DNA of 63,990 nucleotides, counting the filler, from Asterionella formosa (Eukaryota), in NCBI GenBank assembly GCA_002256025.1. It is 17 parts of 17 records of this genome, joined end to end, with 100 filler letters (N's around TTAATTAATTAA, not from the genome) between each part and the next. Parts side by side here need not be neighbours in the genome. Positions count along the whole stretch, not along the records: positions 1 to 21,364 come from NKIB01003031.1; 16 more parts are not named here. One strand, 5' to 3'. Under the pieces are notes generated by a model. It saw only the letters and a program-made list of their open reading frames with translations, had not been told where the DNA came from and made no database searches. How positions within the stretch are numbered: position 1 is the first letter of the stretch; every line of letters starts with the position of its first letter. Shown in pieces: positions 1-11,800 of the stretch. A program made the translations under genes and the position numbers.

Positions 1-556
1 ATCATCATTGTACGAAACGAGTGCAAGGTCAGGGCGAAAGCGTTTAGAAGGAGGGCCCAAGATCTCGGTCATGATCTGCCAATATATTTTTATGAATTGA
101 GAGTGTCGTATGAATATACTACCGGTAGGGAGGGTCTTCAGTCAATCTTGGCTGTATCGTATGATAATGCATTTCGGGTGTATGGACAATGTATGGCTGC
201 TGGTACCAAGTGTACCTGCTACCAGGGTAGCCTGCTACCAGGTACAATGGTACCTGGTACCGGTAATTGTGTGGGCCAGGACAAGCAAGTAGCACCAATG
301 AAAAAACTACGCACCGTTACGACCGGTACTTATCTATGTATCAATCAATCATAGTACCAGGTACCAGGTACCAGGTACCGATAATAAGATTAATTACCGT
401 ATCATGATATATACCGGTATATCTCATAGTGCGTATAGCTAGCTAGTTCATAGATATTTTTATGCAGGAAAGAAAAGGAGCTCAAAATTATCAGTTGGCT
501 GAAGTCCAATTTTGCTTCATTCTAAAATCATTTATTCAAATTGCAAAAAGGTAATA

Positions 557-2674
557 ATGCTGCAGTCTCGAAGAGTGTTATTGTTAGTGTCGTCATCAAG
601 ACGATGTCACAGCAACAACAGCATCATTTCCTTGCAGTCACGACGAACAATTTCGAATGATACGAAGGAATCGGGATCCGAAGAAGTCAGGCGAGTCGTT
701 ACACCTGTACCTACAAAACGATCGTCGTCCTCCACCAACCCCCACGCCATCGTAGCCACTGCAGTGCTGGCCTTGTCCGTTGGCTTTGTACTTGGAAGAG
801 TCACAGCCCTTGAAGATGAGCAACACCGCGTGTACCGACAACCCACACGTGCATTGCCCAGCGGAGACCCCAAAACTTGCTGTGACTCGCGGGAGGAATC
901 GGATCTCACACAAGCACAACAGGACCTTCCGAAAATACTAGCTGCCATTGTCGGAGTCAACAATATCAGTGACGGAAGACACGAAACGACAGTTACCTCG
1001 CAATTCCTAAAGGGGGCCAGAATAGGAGGCGGTGGACAAGCCCTCGCCATTGTTACTCCACAATCTCTCAGAGACACCTTGGCATGTGCACAGGCTATTA
1101 TTGCAGCCGATTGTGTCATACTTCCCCAAGGGGCCAATACAGGCCTTGTTGGAGGGTCTGTCCCTCGCGTCGAATGGGACCGACCAGCAGTCATCATCAG
1201 TATGAAATACCTAGACACTTTCTTTCCCATTGATGATGGAAAGCGAGTTGTGTGCATGGCTGGAGCGGGTTTGGCAACCTTGGCAAATGTCATTCCGACA
1301 TGGTTCCCGGACCGAGAATCGCATTCCATATTGGGTTCCACGTTTTTGAATCCTACGACTGCGGCAGGCGTTGCGTTAGGGAGTGGAGGAACACAATTGA
1401 GAAAAGGACCAGCGTACACAGATCGGGCTTTGTATTTGAGAGTGTACAAGACCAAGTTTGGAGAGACAACTGTGGATGTTGTCAATACGCTTGGAATTGA
1501 AGGATTGGAAGATGATGATTATGTCAAGGGAGCAGTCGATGCATTGAAAGCATTAGACAATTACAGACAAGATGTCAAGGACAATGTCAAACGACAAATG
1601 GGCAAATCGTCGCAATCGGCAAATGGTAAGGCCAAGGCGAGCGACTCGGAGTATGCGGCAAGCATTTGTCATCATGATGAAACCGTGAGTCGCTTCAATG
1701 CAGACTGTCGAGGGGCAGATTGCAATCGATCAGAAGGGAAAGTATTAATTTTGGCTACTGTACACGACACATTCCCAAAGCCTCAAACGTCAAAATCGTA
1801 TTGGTTGTCCTTTCCAGACTTGGAGACAGCATTGGCCTTTCGAAAGGAAGTATGCCTTGACAATCCCATGGATCTTCCCATAAGTGTTGAGTACATTGAT
1901 CGAGATGCATTTGATGTCATTGACCGATCCGGTCGCATTCTGGCTGGTGTTATTAAGCTTGTCGGCTCGTCAGGAAGTCTAGTGAAGCACTTTTGGGGCT
2001 TGAAACGTCGGATCGAGTCCCTGCCATTTTCTGGGGCCGATTTATGGGTAGATAAGTTGATGTATACCTTGAACCCTATCATCCCACAAACCTTGCCTGC
2101 CAGGATCATGCAAGCTGGGAAAGAATGGGACCATCATATCGCGATGACTGTAGGGGAATATGCAGATGGGACTATGGATCGGCTTCTTGGACGAATGAAT
2201 GCTTTTACAGTCAAGTATGGTGCTGATAAGATTGTTGTCAATGAGTGCAAGACTGCTTCTGAGGTCAACAGCCTCACTGCCTTTCGCTTTGTTGCTGCCC
2301 CCGCCTTTCGAACATGGTGCATAGGGGAAGGCGTACAGGGCTTCAGTGTTGACTATGCCCTTCCCAAGAATGGAGGAATAGCACCTCCTCTCCCTGTGAT
2401 GCCACTGAAACGAATGCGTTATTCGCACTTTGGGTGCAACGTTGTACACGAAGATTTGGCGTTTGGGCTGGAAGTCGATACTGAAATGGTCAAGAAGGCA
2501 TTGAAGAAGACAATCGAACTTGAATGTGGTGGCAAGCTTCCAGCTGAGCATGGGCATGGAACCGAATACAACGCTCCACCCGAGACGCAAGAGAGATGGA
2601 AAAAGATTGACCCTCTCAATATGATGAATCCTGGCTTAGGAGGACTTTCTAACAAGTACAAATATCAAGAGTAG
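557..2674 (+). CDS. dld: Quinone-dependent (membrane-bound, E. coli Dld-type) FAD D-lactate dehydrogenase with N-terminal presequence and one TM helix
   Basis: Motifs GANTGLVGGSVP, ESHSILGS, GSGGTQLRKGPAYT, PAEHGHG and DPLNMMNPGLG run colinear with bacterial Dld. First ATG is at 557 (ORF track starts at TTG 512). Arg/Ser-rich N-terminus is followed by hydrophobic AIVATAVLALSVGFVLG. No intron needed. Confidence 0.85.
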   Translation: MLQSRRVLLLVSSSRRCHSNNSIISLQSRRTISNDTKESGSEEVRRVVTPVPTKRSSSSTNPHAIVATAVLALSVGFVLGRVTALEDEQHRVYRQPTRALPSGDPKTCCDSREESDLTQAQQDLPKILAAIVGVNNISDGRHETTVTSQFLKGARIGGGGQALAIVTPQSLRDTLACAQAIIAADCVILPQGANTGLVGGSVPRVEWDRPAVIISMKYLDTFFPIDDGKRVVCMAGAGLATLANVIPTWFPDRESHSILGSTFLNPTTAAGVALGSGGTQLRKGPAYTDRALYLRVYKTKFGETTVDVVNTLGIEGLEDDDYVKGAVDALKALDNYRQDVKDNVKRQMGKSSQSANGKAKASDSEYAASICHHDETVSRFNADCRGADCNRSEGKVLILATVHDTFPKPQTSKSYWLSFPDLETALAFRKEVCLDNPMDLPISVEYIDRDAFDVIDRSGRILAGVIKLVGSSGSLVKHFWGLKRRIESLPFSGADLWVDKLMYTLNPIIPQTLPARIMQAGKEWDHHIAMTVGEYADGTMDRLLGRMNAFTVKYGADKIVVNECKTASEVNSLTAFRFVAAPAFRTWCIGEGVQGFSVDYALPKNGGIAPPLPVMPLKRMRYSHFGCNVVHEDLAFGLEVDTEMVKKALKKTIELECGGKLPAEHGHGTEYNAPPETQERWKKIDPLNMMNPGLGGLSNKYKYQE

Positions 2675-4542
2675 TCTTTGAGAGCGAGGACTATCACAAA
2701 CTGAGGTGCAAGCAACCAACTTTTGAAGAAATAGGAAGGAAGATCACAGATTGAGCAGGACTTGCGGGTGGAAATTTTTACCAAACGCAATGTGAGAGTG
2801 TTGCTGGTTGTTTGCTAGGTCATAACTCAGTGAAGTCTTTGCACCAGATAGTTTGGATTAGTCAACTAAAAATCTCACAAAACATTCCTGCAGTTCCATT
2901 CTTTGGTTAGCAAGCCTTCCTGTTGACAGACTCTTTTACATGGTGATTATGTACTCCAACTTACAGTTAAACCATTCCCTAGTTCTCATGGTGTTCCTTA
3001 TGGCAGGAAATTGATTGCTTCTAGCATGGCTTCTCCTTGTAGCTACTCGAGTAGACTCCTGGTATGATACCTCCCAACACAGACACAGAACACCACATTA
3101 CTAGCAATCTATTTTATGAGGACTATTGTTTCTTGATGAAATCAACCATAGCTGTGAGCTCAAGCTGGTTGACCCCATTATTTGGTCGTGTGCTTCCATA
3201 TGAGCAAGATCCATTTCTGTTCATCTCTCCATGATGTGGAGAGTCCGAAAAAAGTATGTGATATGCATCAGACAATTGGGCTTGTTATTGTGTTCTTATA
3301 TGGAGGTTTACTGGTATATTTGCTTTTTGTTTACTAATCACTGTAATTTAGAGTCTGCTAGTAACGGTGGTAATCCAACAGTACAAGGTACCGCCAGGTG
3401 ACCAACTACCGGTGATACCGGTATAGGAGGATTACCTGTCTATATAGACAAACCACGCAGTTAACATCGGTTGCCGCATGAGGGTGGGAAACAAAACAAA
3501 CAAGACAAATCGACATTTGTAATATACTATGGCTGTATGGTGCTATTCTAACCTGCACTTCTATTCTATGCCCTCTACATTCAGGAAGTTGGTAGATACT
3601 ACGAATCAGTAGCTCTCACGCAGTAAAAGTTGCTAGAAAAATGCTTCTACACAATTTATTTGTTTTCCTTTGTTTGCTAATTGCTAGTTGCTTTTATAAA
3701 AGAGTGAGCTTAATGTAAATGTAAATTTGATTATATAATTTTGAAACTTCCAAGCTCGTGCATGTTTCAAAATAGAGATGATCTTCGGAGGCTAAGTTCA
3801 TTTGTGTTCCCAACTTGAACTGAGAATAAACTACATCCTCTTTGTCCTACTAAATGCATTTGTCTAATCTTGGCCTGTCTCAACTTAGGCCAGATGCTGC
3901 TTGATCGAAGAATGCTTACAGAATGATCCTGTTAATCATAAATATATCATATCTGGTTATATTCTTTAATGTGCCTTGATTTTGCGGACATATTCGTAAT
4001 TGTCTAATCAATCATTTATTGATTTGGCCACTAGTAGGTCTGGTGATCGCCTTCTAGGGTCCATTTAAAAGGTTAGAGAGAACTTCTCCTGAAAGTTCCT
4101 CTCTAAACTGGGGAACTTTACACGGGATATTTAACCATGTGTCCTTGAATCAGTCATCCTGTGGATTGTGGTACATGTTCCTAATCAGGTCACTAGAGAC
4201 GAAAATATATTGAAAATCTCATAACCTGATCTGAAGTCAGGAATCTCTGCATGTTTCAACTCAGGATAGGTAGTACAGGAATTCATATTCATACCGTTAT
4301 ATTGTCGTTATATGTGAATGATATTCATGCATGACTATGGGATATGCGAACACTTGGTGTCAGTGACGCCCATGAACTTTTGGAGACTGCACCAAAAATC
4401 GCCTGTCGTTTTGATTTTCAACAGTAGTGTTGTTGTCGTTCTTCCATCACTTTTATGGCTCCTCTCACTTCTCAACAAAGCGATCAAATAAGTGAATAAT
4501 TCTGCTCCTATCTTCACCACACGATAAACAAATTGATACAGC

Positions 4543-6075
4543 ATGCTTCGCTCCACTTCTTCGAAGGCTTCCAGAGTCTTGTCTTCCAGAGCCTTTTCAA
4601 CTCGACCCGGCCTCAAAAATGTGGTCGTCGTCGCTGGTGTCCGCCTCCCATTTTCCATGACATCCAGCATTTACAAGGATGAGCTAGCCGTTGATCTACA
4701 GCGCTTAGCCATTCAGGGTCTATTGACGCAAACTGCTCTTTCAAAGAGTGAGGTAGACTATGTCATTTGCGGCAACGTTATCCAAGAAGTCAGGACATCC
4801 AATATTGCTCGCGAGGCCGCCATTAATGTTGGTTTGCCCAATAGCATTGGCGCGCATACGATTGCTCAGGTATGTTGTATTCTAGGCTTGTACTATAAAC
4901 GATGCTTCTGCCCGTGTTGATATCACAAATGGAACAACTCACCCACTTCTATGCACAGGCCTGTATCTCGTCGAATGCCGCCATGTGCTCTGGAGCTGAA
5001 AAAATTATGACGGGTCATGCCGACGTGGTAATTGCAGGAGGTGCCGAAACTTTTTCAGATGTACCCATTCGCCTTACCCGTCCCATTCGTCAGAAACTCA
5101 TTACGCTACCAAAGGCCATGAAAAGTGGGGGTACACTAGGAGCCATTCGACACATGATGGCTGGGCTCAAAATGTCGGATTTGGCCTTGGAGACACCTGC
5201 GATTGCAAATTACACAACCGGGGAAGTCATGGGAGTCTCATCCGATCGATTGTCTGCAAAGTTTGGTGTATCACGGGCTGATCAAGACGAATTCACCGTT
5301 CGTAGTCATTTGAATGCTGCCAAAGCGCACGACAATGGGTGGTACAAGGGTGAAGTTATTCCATACAAGGGATCTACAAGTGAAAACGGAATCAAGCCCG
5401 ACTCATCAATTGAAAAAGCTTCGAAACTGAAACCTGCATTTGTGAAACCCTATGGAACGCATACTGCGGCTAATTCTAGCTTCTTGACTGATGGCGCTTC
5501 GGCGACTTTGTTGATGAGTGAAGAGAAGGCATTGGAGTTGGGGTATAAACCAATGGCATATCTGCGTGATTGGTCCTTCAAAGCGTGTGATCCATTCGAG
5601 GAACTCTTGTTGGTAAGTAGATTAGAAATGTGATATTAAATTTGTGGTGTAGTGGAAAGCTGTGCAAACGGTGGCCAGGGACTAGCTAACAATTGTTTCA
5701 ATTCCACAGGGCCCCACGTATTGCTCACAAGACGTCTTGACCCGTAACAACTTGGATTTGGAGAGGGATATTGGAGTCTTTGAGATCCATGAGGCCTTTG
5801 CCGGTCAAGTCTTGTCAAACCTCTCTGCCATGTCATCCCAAAAGTTTGCTGACACCAATTTTGGAGGGAAGAAGGTTGGAACAATCCCAGTTGATAAAAT
5901 GAATATTCATGGAGGCTCCCTGGCGATTGGTCATCCTTTCGGAGCAACAGGATGTCGATTAGTCACAACGGCATGTCGACGCTTACAAGAAGAAGGCGAG
6001 CGGTTTGCTTTGATAGCAGCATGTGCTGATGGTGGACTTGGACATGCTTGTATTTTGGAGCGATATGATAATTAA
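4543..6075 (+). CDS. Mitochondrial 3-ketoacyl-CoA thiolase (trifunctional enzyme beta subunit-like); exons 4543-4869, 4959-5612, 5710-6075
   Basis: GT-AG introns 4870-4958 and 5613-5709 splice in frame, giving IAQACISS (catalytic Cys), HEAFAGQ, GHPFGATG and CADGGLG. Mitochondrial-like presequence. Confidence 0.92.
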
Positions 6076-7567
6076 AAATACCAACATTTTTGTCGTTGTG
6101 TATAGTTTGCTTCTGTGTTGAAAAATTCCTTCTTTATGGATATCGGAACTTATCAACATGCATTGCTTCATAATGTAAAGATCTAAATACTACAAAATCT
6201 AGCTAGAATATGGTCACCTGACGAGTGCAGGTTGAAGAAACCCAATAATTAGAAGAAGATGATGACAAGAACATATTGTCTGTACCATTTGATGTGAGCA
6301 TGCACAGTCATCAGTGCCTGGTTAATAGTTCCTCATCACTACCAAAAACACTAAAAGTCTAAAAAATAAGAAATAGACCACTGGTAGACATTGAAAATGG
6401 ATGGCTCACTGTCTAAATTGGTTATTGTATGGGATGCTTGAAGAATAGCTGGCTCTTTAAAATGCACCTCTTTCCCAGAGTCCAGGCCCTTCCAATTTTT
6501 CGATTTCTCAATCAATAATTGTCCTTCGACCTTCTAATTTTCGCATGAGGTCCTTGAAATAGTCGATAGAAAACATTGTTGCAGCATTGTAGATTATGAT
6601 TTGAAAATTTGGAAAATGCACAATTTTTGTTTTTTCCTGAATTCCAGTCTACCGTGGTTTCACTGTTATCTTCGCTTGCAACGTGAATTCCAATGGAAGT
6701 ATAGCACATCCAGTACCCTATGCCTATGGACCACCTCCAGTAGTTTCTGATTCATTTTTGCAATTCAATGAGCTGCATTTGTGTTGAGAGAACATAATAG
6801 TGAGGTATACCCATTTGGTGCCTATCCATGACCCAGCATTGTGTGGGGCAGTCTCCACACAACACATTGAGATCGCTGAACTATTTTCTTGAATTTAAAA
6901 CTCTCCTCTTTGAAGTTATGCGTAAGCTCCTTGGTCAGGGCATTGTGCAATTCAATTTGCCCCATGATTGACCTCCAGAAAATATGCACATCCAAGAATT
7001 TACCTCTAACAATGACAGAATTAAACAAAAGACCCTGATATTCCAACCCTTTGTGCTTCATGCTTCCTATAAAGACATGGGACAATGGCATAAATTGTTG
7101 TGGTCATCCACTTGGTGTCAAAATGTATAATGATTGAAGAAAGGTTCAGTGTATTTAATGGACTTCTTGACCTTATGACCATTTTCAGGTACAGACCATT
7201 GCATCATTTCAGTTTCAACCTCAAATGATGCCTCAGAAGTCAACCGTTGTGTTTCCGCACATTCAGATTTTGATGTTGACCTCGTTGACCTCGTTACTTG
7301 GATGGTGAGATGCTCTACTGATTGAAAATTCAGACTAGATCCAGTCTATTAGACTGAATTCAGCCTAGCCGGAATGAATCCGATTTTTTATTTATGGAGA
7401 TGCTCGAAGGGTTAGTTAGTACCGGTATAAGCAAAAGCAAGAAAGCAACAGGAAACACAAATCGAAAGAAGGAGGCAGACCATCAGCCACCGCGATCATC
7501 ATGTTATTCCTACATGTAGGAGTAATAAATAAACCGGCGCATACCGGTACTATTATACAATGTTAGC

Positions 7568-8692
7568 ATGTCGAATGATTCGTTCCGCTCGCTTCTCTCG
7601 ACGTTTGAAGCTGCTACTGGTAGTCAGCCAACTTCAGCGAAGCTTTCAAAAGTAAACGGAGAAAATAATCCCGAGAAGCCCTTGATTGAGTTGACCACGC
7701 AGCTATTCAATTATTCGCAAATTCGACAATCGGCAAGCTCCAAATTGTCAGCACGATCATCTAGGAATATCAACCAAGTCAATGATCCTGTGCATGTGGC
7801 GGTATGTCTCTGTATAGTCGACACTCTACCTCACGCGCGAGTGTGGGAGTACTGGTGTGATCACGGGAACGCGAGAATATCTGCCCAGCTCTACCTCCAC
7901 GCCAAGCACCCAGGGGAGATTCGCAGTCAGTTTGCTCGCTCTAAGCTGCTACAAATATCACACAATCCCAACTGGAACGATGTACGAGTGGTTCATGCCA
8001 TGATTAGTCTAATGGAAGAAGCATTGAAAAACCCAAAAGTCACGCATATTATCTTTGGAACAGAATCATGCTTGCCAATTTGCCCCCTCAACGAGGTGGA
8101 GCTCAAACACAACCGTTCTTACATCCAATACTATGGCAAAGACAATTTCAATCGGTTCGATGAGCGAGAGGTTTGGGACGTGGTGAAACAATTTGTTCCT
8201 TCACAAGCAATTCACAAGGCCCTTCCGGGATGGTGCTGTTTATGCCGATCCCATGCGCAAACTATTCTTAACCTGCCGCAAGATTATTTGGAAGGTCAGC
8301 AACTATATACTGCGTTCACTGATTGTTGGGCTCCCGAAGAGGCTTTCTTCCCTACAGCGCTAGCATTGTTGGGACTGTTAGACGAAACAGAAAACAAGGC
8401 ATTGACATTTGCAGAATGGAACGATCGAGCAAGGGACCATCAAGATCGAGCCCATCCGCGAGTATGGGATGCCCTCTTTGATGCAGACTTGGTTCAAACA
8501 TTACGACACGTTCATGGATGCATTATTTTGCGAAAGGTAACGAGAGAAGTGCCACTCGGGGCTTGGTTGGAAGCTGTAGAAAAGACAGTAGTGGTTGAAG
8601 CTCGCAGTGGCACAAAGAGACCAGTCCAAGGTAACGACCACTTACAACCGCAGCCGAAGGCGCTAAAGGCAGTGCCAAAAACAAAGGGCTAA
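7568..8692 (+). CDS. Core-2/I-branching (Branch/DUF266, GT14-like) glycosyltransferase-family protein
   Basis: LPHARVW..LYLHAK, ALKNP..IIFGTESCLPI and PEEAFFPT resemble DUF266/Branch motifs. No N-terminal TM anchor seen. Confidence 0.65.
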   Translation: MSNDSFRSLLSTFEAATGSQPTSAKLSKVNGENNPEKPLIELTTQLFNYSQIRQSASSKLSARSSRNINQVNDPVHVAVCLCIVDTLPHARVWEYWCDHGNARISAQLYLHAKHPGEIRSQFARSKLLQISHNPNWNDVRVVHAMISLMEEALKNPKVTHIIFGTESCLPICPLNEVELKHNRSYIQYYGKDNFNRFDEREVWDVVKQFVPSQAIHKALPGWCCLCRSHAQTILNLPQDYLEGQQLYTAFTDCWAPEEAFFPTALALLGLLDETENKALTFAEWNDRARDHQDRAHPRVWDALFDADLVQTLRHVHGCIILRKVTREVPLGAWLEAVEKTVVVEARSGTKRPVQGNDHLQPQPKALKAVPKTKG

Positions 8693-8833
8693 TATAGATT
8701 TTGAACTCATCCTTGCTTTTCGTTGGTCCAGCGACGAGTGGCGGAAATAACATCTCAGCAGATCTACATGTTTCCTCGTGTATAGTTAAACGTTACATCG
8801 CCACAATAAGTGGCGTATTCTTCTTATTGCTCA

Positions 8834-11800
8834 CTACGTGTCAGTGCCAGTCATATATCCCATCCAATTGACTGTTTCGGTTGTAGTAATTGCCCTACGG
8901 TCGATTTGAAGATTGGATTCTCGAACTCCGTTTCGTAATTCCTCTGTAACTGTTGCCAGTTCTTGTTGGTTTAATGTCTCAAGTTGAATGGTCTTGCAAA
9001 CACTCATCACACCGTTCTTGTCGCCAGCCAGCAATGTATCCTGACGTTCTCCTTCTACCTTCAAGGCAGTAATGGCGCACCTGTGGGCTCTATCCATCAT
9101 TAAGTGCCGCATTTTGAGAATACGAGCATCATAGTCTAGCCCCCAAAAACGTATTTCTCCGTTAACGTGACCGGTAACAGCAACGATACCCTGGTCCATC
9201 CATTCTGGGCAATCAGTAGAAACTGCACAGCTTGGACGGGAATGAGGTCCGAAATACTCACCTGGTCCAACAGAGGACAAAAACTGGCCATTGATATCAA
9301 AGACGCTCAAGTGTGATCCGACCAAAGTAACAATATTGCCATTTTTGTGGTTTATCGACACCGAGATGGAAGGGTTGTCCGAGGCTGCCCCAGGGAGCTT
9401 TTTAGCCTTCTCTTTGAAAGGGTGTCGGAGGCGACGCATGAACGTAAGTGTTCGCAGGTCCCACAACAAGACATTTCCCATTGCGCAACCTGTAACAATA
9501 GTACCAAAGACAGTGCTCAAGTCAATGCAGGTGATGTGACCACCTTCGTGTCCGCAGAGAGTAGCACGGAGATCCATGTTCTGACCATCATATCTCCAAA
9601 CGCGTACCGTAGAATCTACGCATCCTGTGACAAGCCACAACCCATTCAGAGAAGCCTTAGCAAAACTGATTGGTGCTCTGTGCATGCAGTCGTGAATAGT
9701 CAACATCTTGTTCAGTTTATGGTGACGAGCAGAAGTTGTGGCCACATGTACACTGACACCGTTATTGGGTCCTCCGTATCTATAGTACTTCTTTTGAGGA
9801 ACAATCAGTGTACAATTACGACCAACTCCAACAATCTGGCCTTTTACCAAGCACATGTCACCGACAGATGCATCTGTTTGTCCAGCCATTCCCACCTTGA
9901 CTGTATCAGTTAGAGTGGGGCGCACGTGGACTCTCTGCGGGGCCCCTACAATACAAAATGGAGGAGTCAATGGAGCAAGGTAAGCAAGAGCTCCAAAGTC
10001 TATGCTTTTTTCTCTTAGCGACGTCTGGAAAAACCGCTGCGTGAAGGGTTTCCTTTCGATCATCTTCGGCGTCTGTCCAAAGTTCTGTGCAGATTGGATG
10101 GCTGATTCTCGAAGAATTGGGTCGTCAAGGGCATCGATATCGATATTTCCTTCGTACGAATAATGTGGAAAAACATTCAAAGCGGCTATCGCTTCTCTGC
10201 CCTTCTGCTTGTACCCAAAGACTAGATCAATCCACTGATGCAGATTCCGACTGACGTATTCACTCTCAAGCGCTTGGCGGTTAAGCCTGATGAATCTTTC
10301 AGGTGAACCTTTAGCCCAAACTGGCAGCGTTACATCATCAATAGTCTTTCCAGTCTGTGTTATTCCGAAATCGAATCCGTTCTTATTGTCGAGGAATTCA
10401 GGTAGATAGAAGAACTCCGGGATAAGTTCACGTACATCTTGTTGGTTCTCGGCACTTGCACTGCGCCAGCTACTACCAAGATTGTGAAATAAACGATCAG
10501 CAACGTCGAAACGACCGCCTTGCAAGCGTAATGCCAAACGACTGAAGGGTTCCAGACGCATCAAGTAGTACAGTACGTATGCTGCACAGGAATAATGAGT
10601 ACCGTAATGAGCAGGCTCCATACCACTCTCCTCGTACATGATATACTTCTCGCGGAACTGCTGCGCTCGCGCTGCGCCTTGACCTCCCATGGGCTTCGAC
10701 AGATCTCTGTATGTCTTGGGATTATCCAGATCAAGCTCCTCGCTCTCGTAGTCGGCAATTACCCAGGGAAAAACAGGGTATTGAGTCAAATCGTTGTAGG
10801 ATCTACCCGCGAATGAGTTCATATGCATCAGGAGGTCGAAATTCGTAATTTTTCCGCTGACCCATTGAGCGATAATCTTTGACTTCCATGAATTCATGAA
10901 CTTCTTGTAATTTATCGATGTGCCATAGCTGGAACTGAATATGCTATTTGGAAGTGGCGAGTTTAAGACCTTGTTGAGTACCTCTTCTCGCTCATTTTGG
11001 CTGTTGAAAGCGACGAGCGTTGCACTTCGATGAATATCAAAGAATTCTAGAGCGACATTCTGAAGTTGGTAACGACGCTGAAACACTGAATAAAGCTCAT
11101 TGAAAGAAATTCGTTGACTACGATGCTGATACGTGATATCTTCAGACTCGTCTTGGTCGTCTTTCGTCTTCCCGTGACCTCCGAGGGTATCGTGGTGATG
11201 ACGACTTTCTGCCCCTTCTTCTCCACTCTTTTTTCTCAAGTTGATGTAGAACGTTGACGTTTCCTTTTCGACACGCTCTATTTTCCCTTCTAAGCCTTCG
11301 CCCTCCGTCAACTCGAACCCATCGATGATATAAACAGCGCCACGGCACCAGAGTAGAAGGGCCTTTACAACTTCCAAGCCCATACATCTGCTGACATTGT
11401 ATGACTTCTCGGGCCAGTCTCCGGCTTCGAGCAGACCAGTGATGAGGTCATAACTTGAAGCATTAACGTTGTCTTCCTCTCTCTCATCATCGTCGTCATC
11501 ATCGTCGTGCCCTACCTGTGATTGACCACCGTTTAATTGTTCCCCTTCCTTGACCGTTGGTTGCAATTTCGTTTCTCCAGAAACTGACCCATCCTTTCTT
11601 CCAATACCCGATTCGAAGCCAGACAGAGTACTTGCTGCTATTGTGTCAGTGTCATAGTCGTCGAAGTCGTCATCATCGTCGTTGCCCGTCTTCTTAATCA
11701 ACTTGTTAAGCAAGGCGGCTGCATCTTCCAAGGATTCAGTTGGAACAAAAAACTCAGCAGTCGCCGTTCGCCTTCCTTGCCCACTTGATCGCATGCTGTG

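Noticed and set aside
2700..4300. Long gene-free interval, possibly old repeat debris
   Set aside because: I found no recognisable ORF, repeat or structure that I could support.
6400..7300. Possible decayed DNA-transposase on the minus strand (DN....SGKNKN-like fragment)
   Set aside because: Too degenerate to support by eye. It would need tBLASTn against a repeat library.
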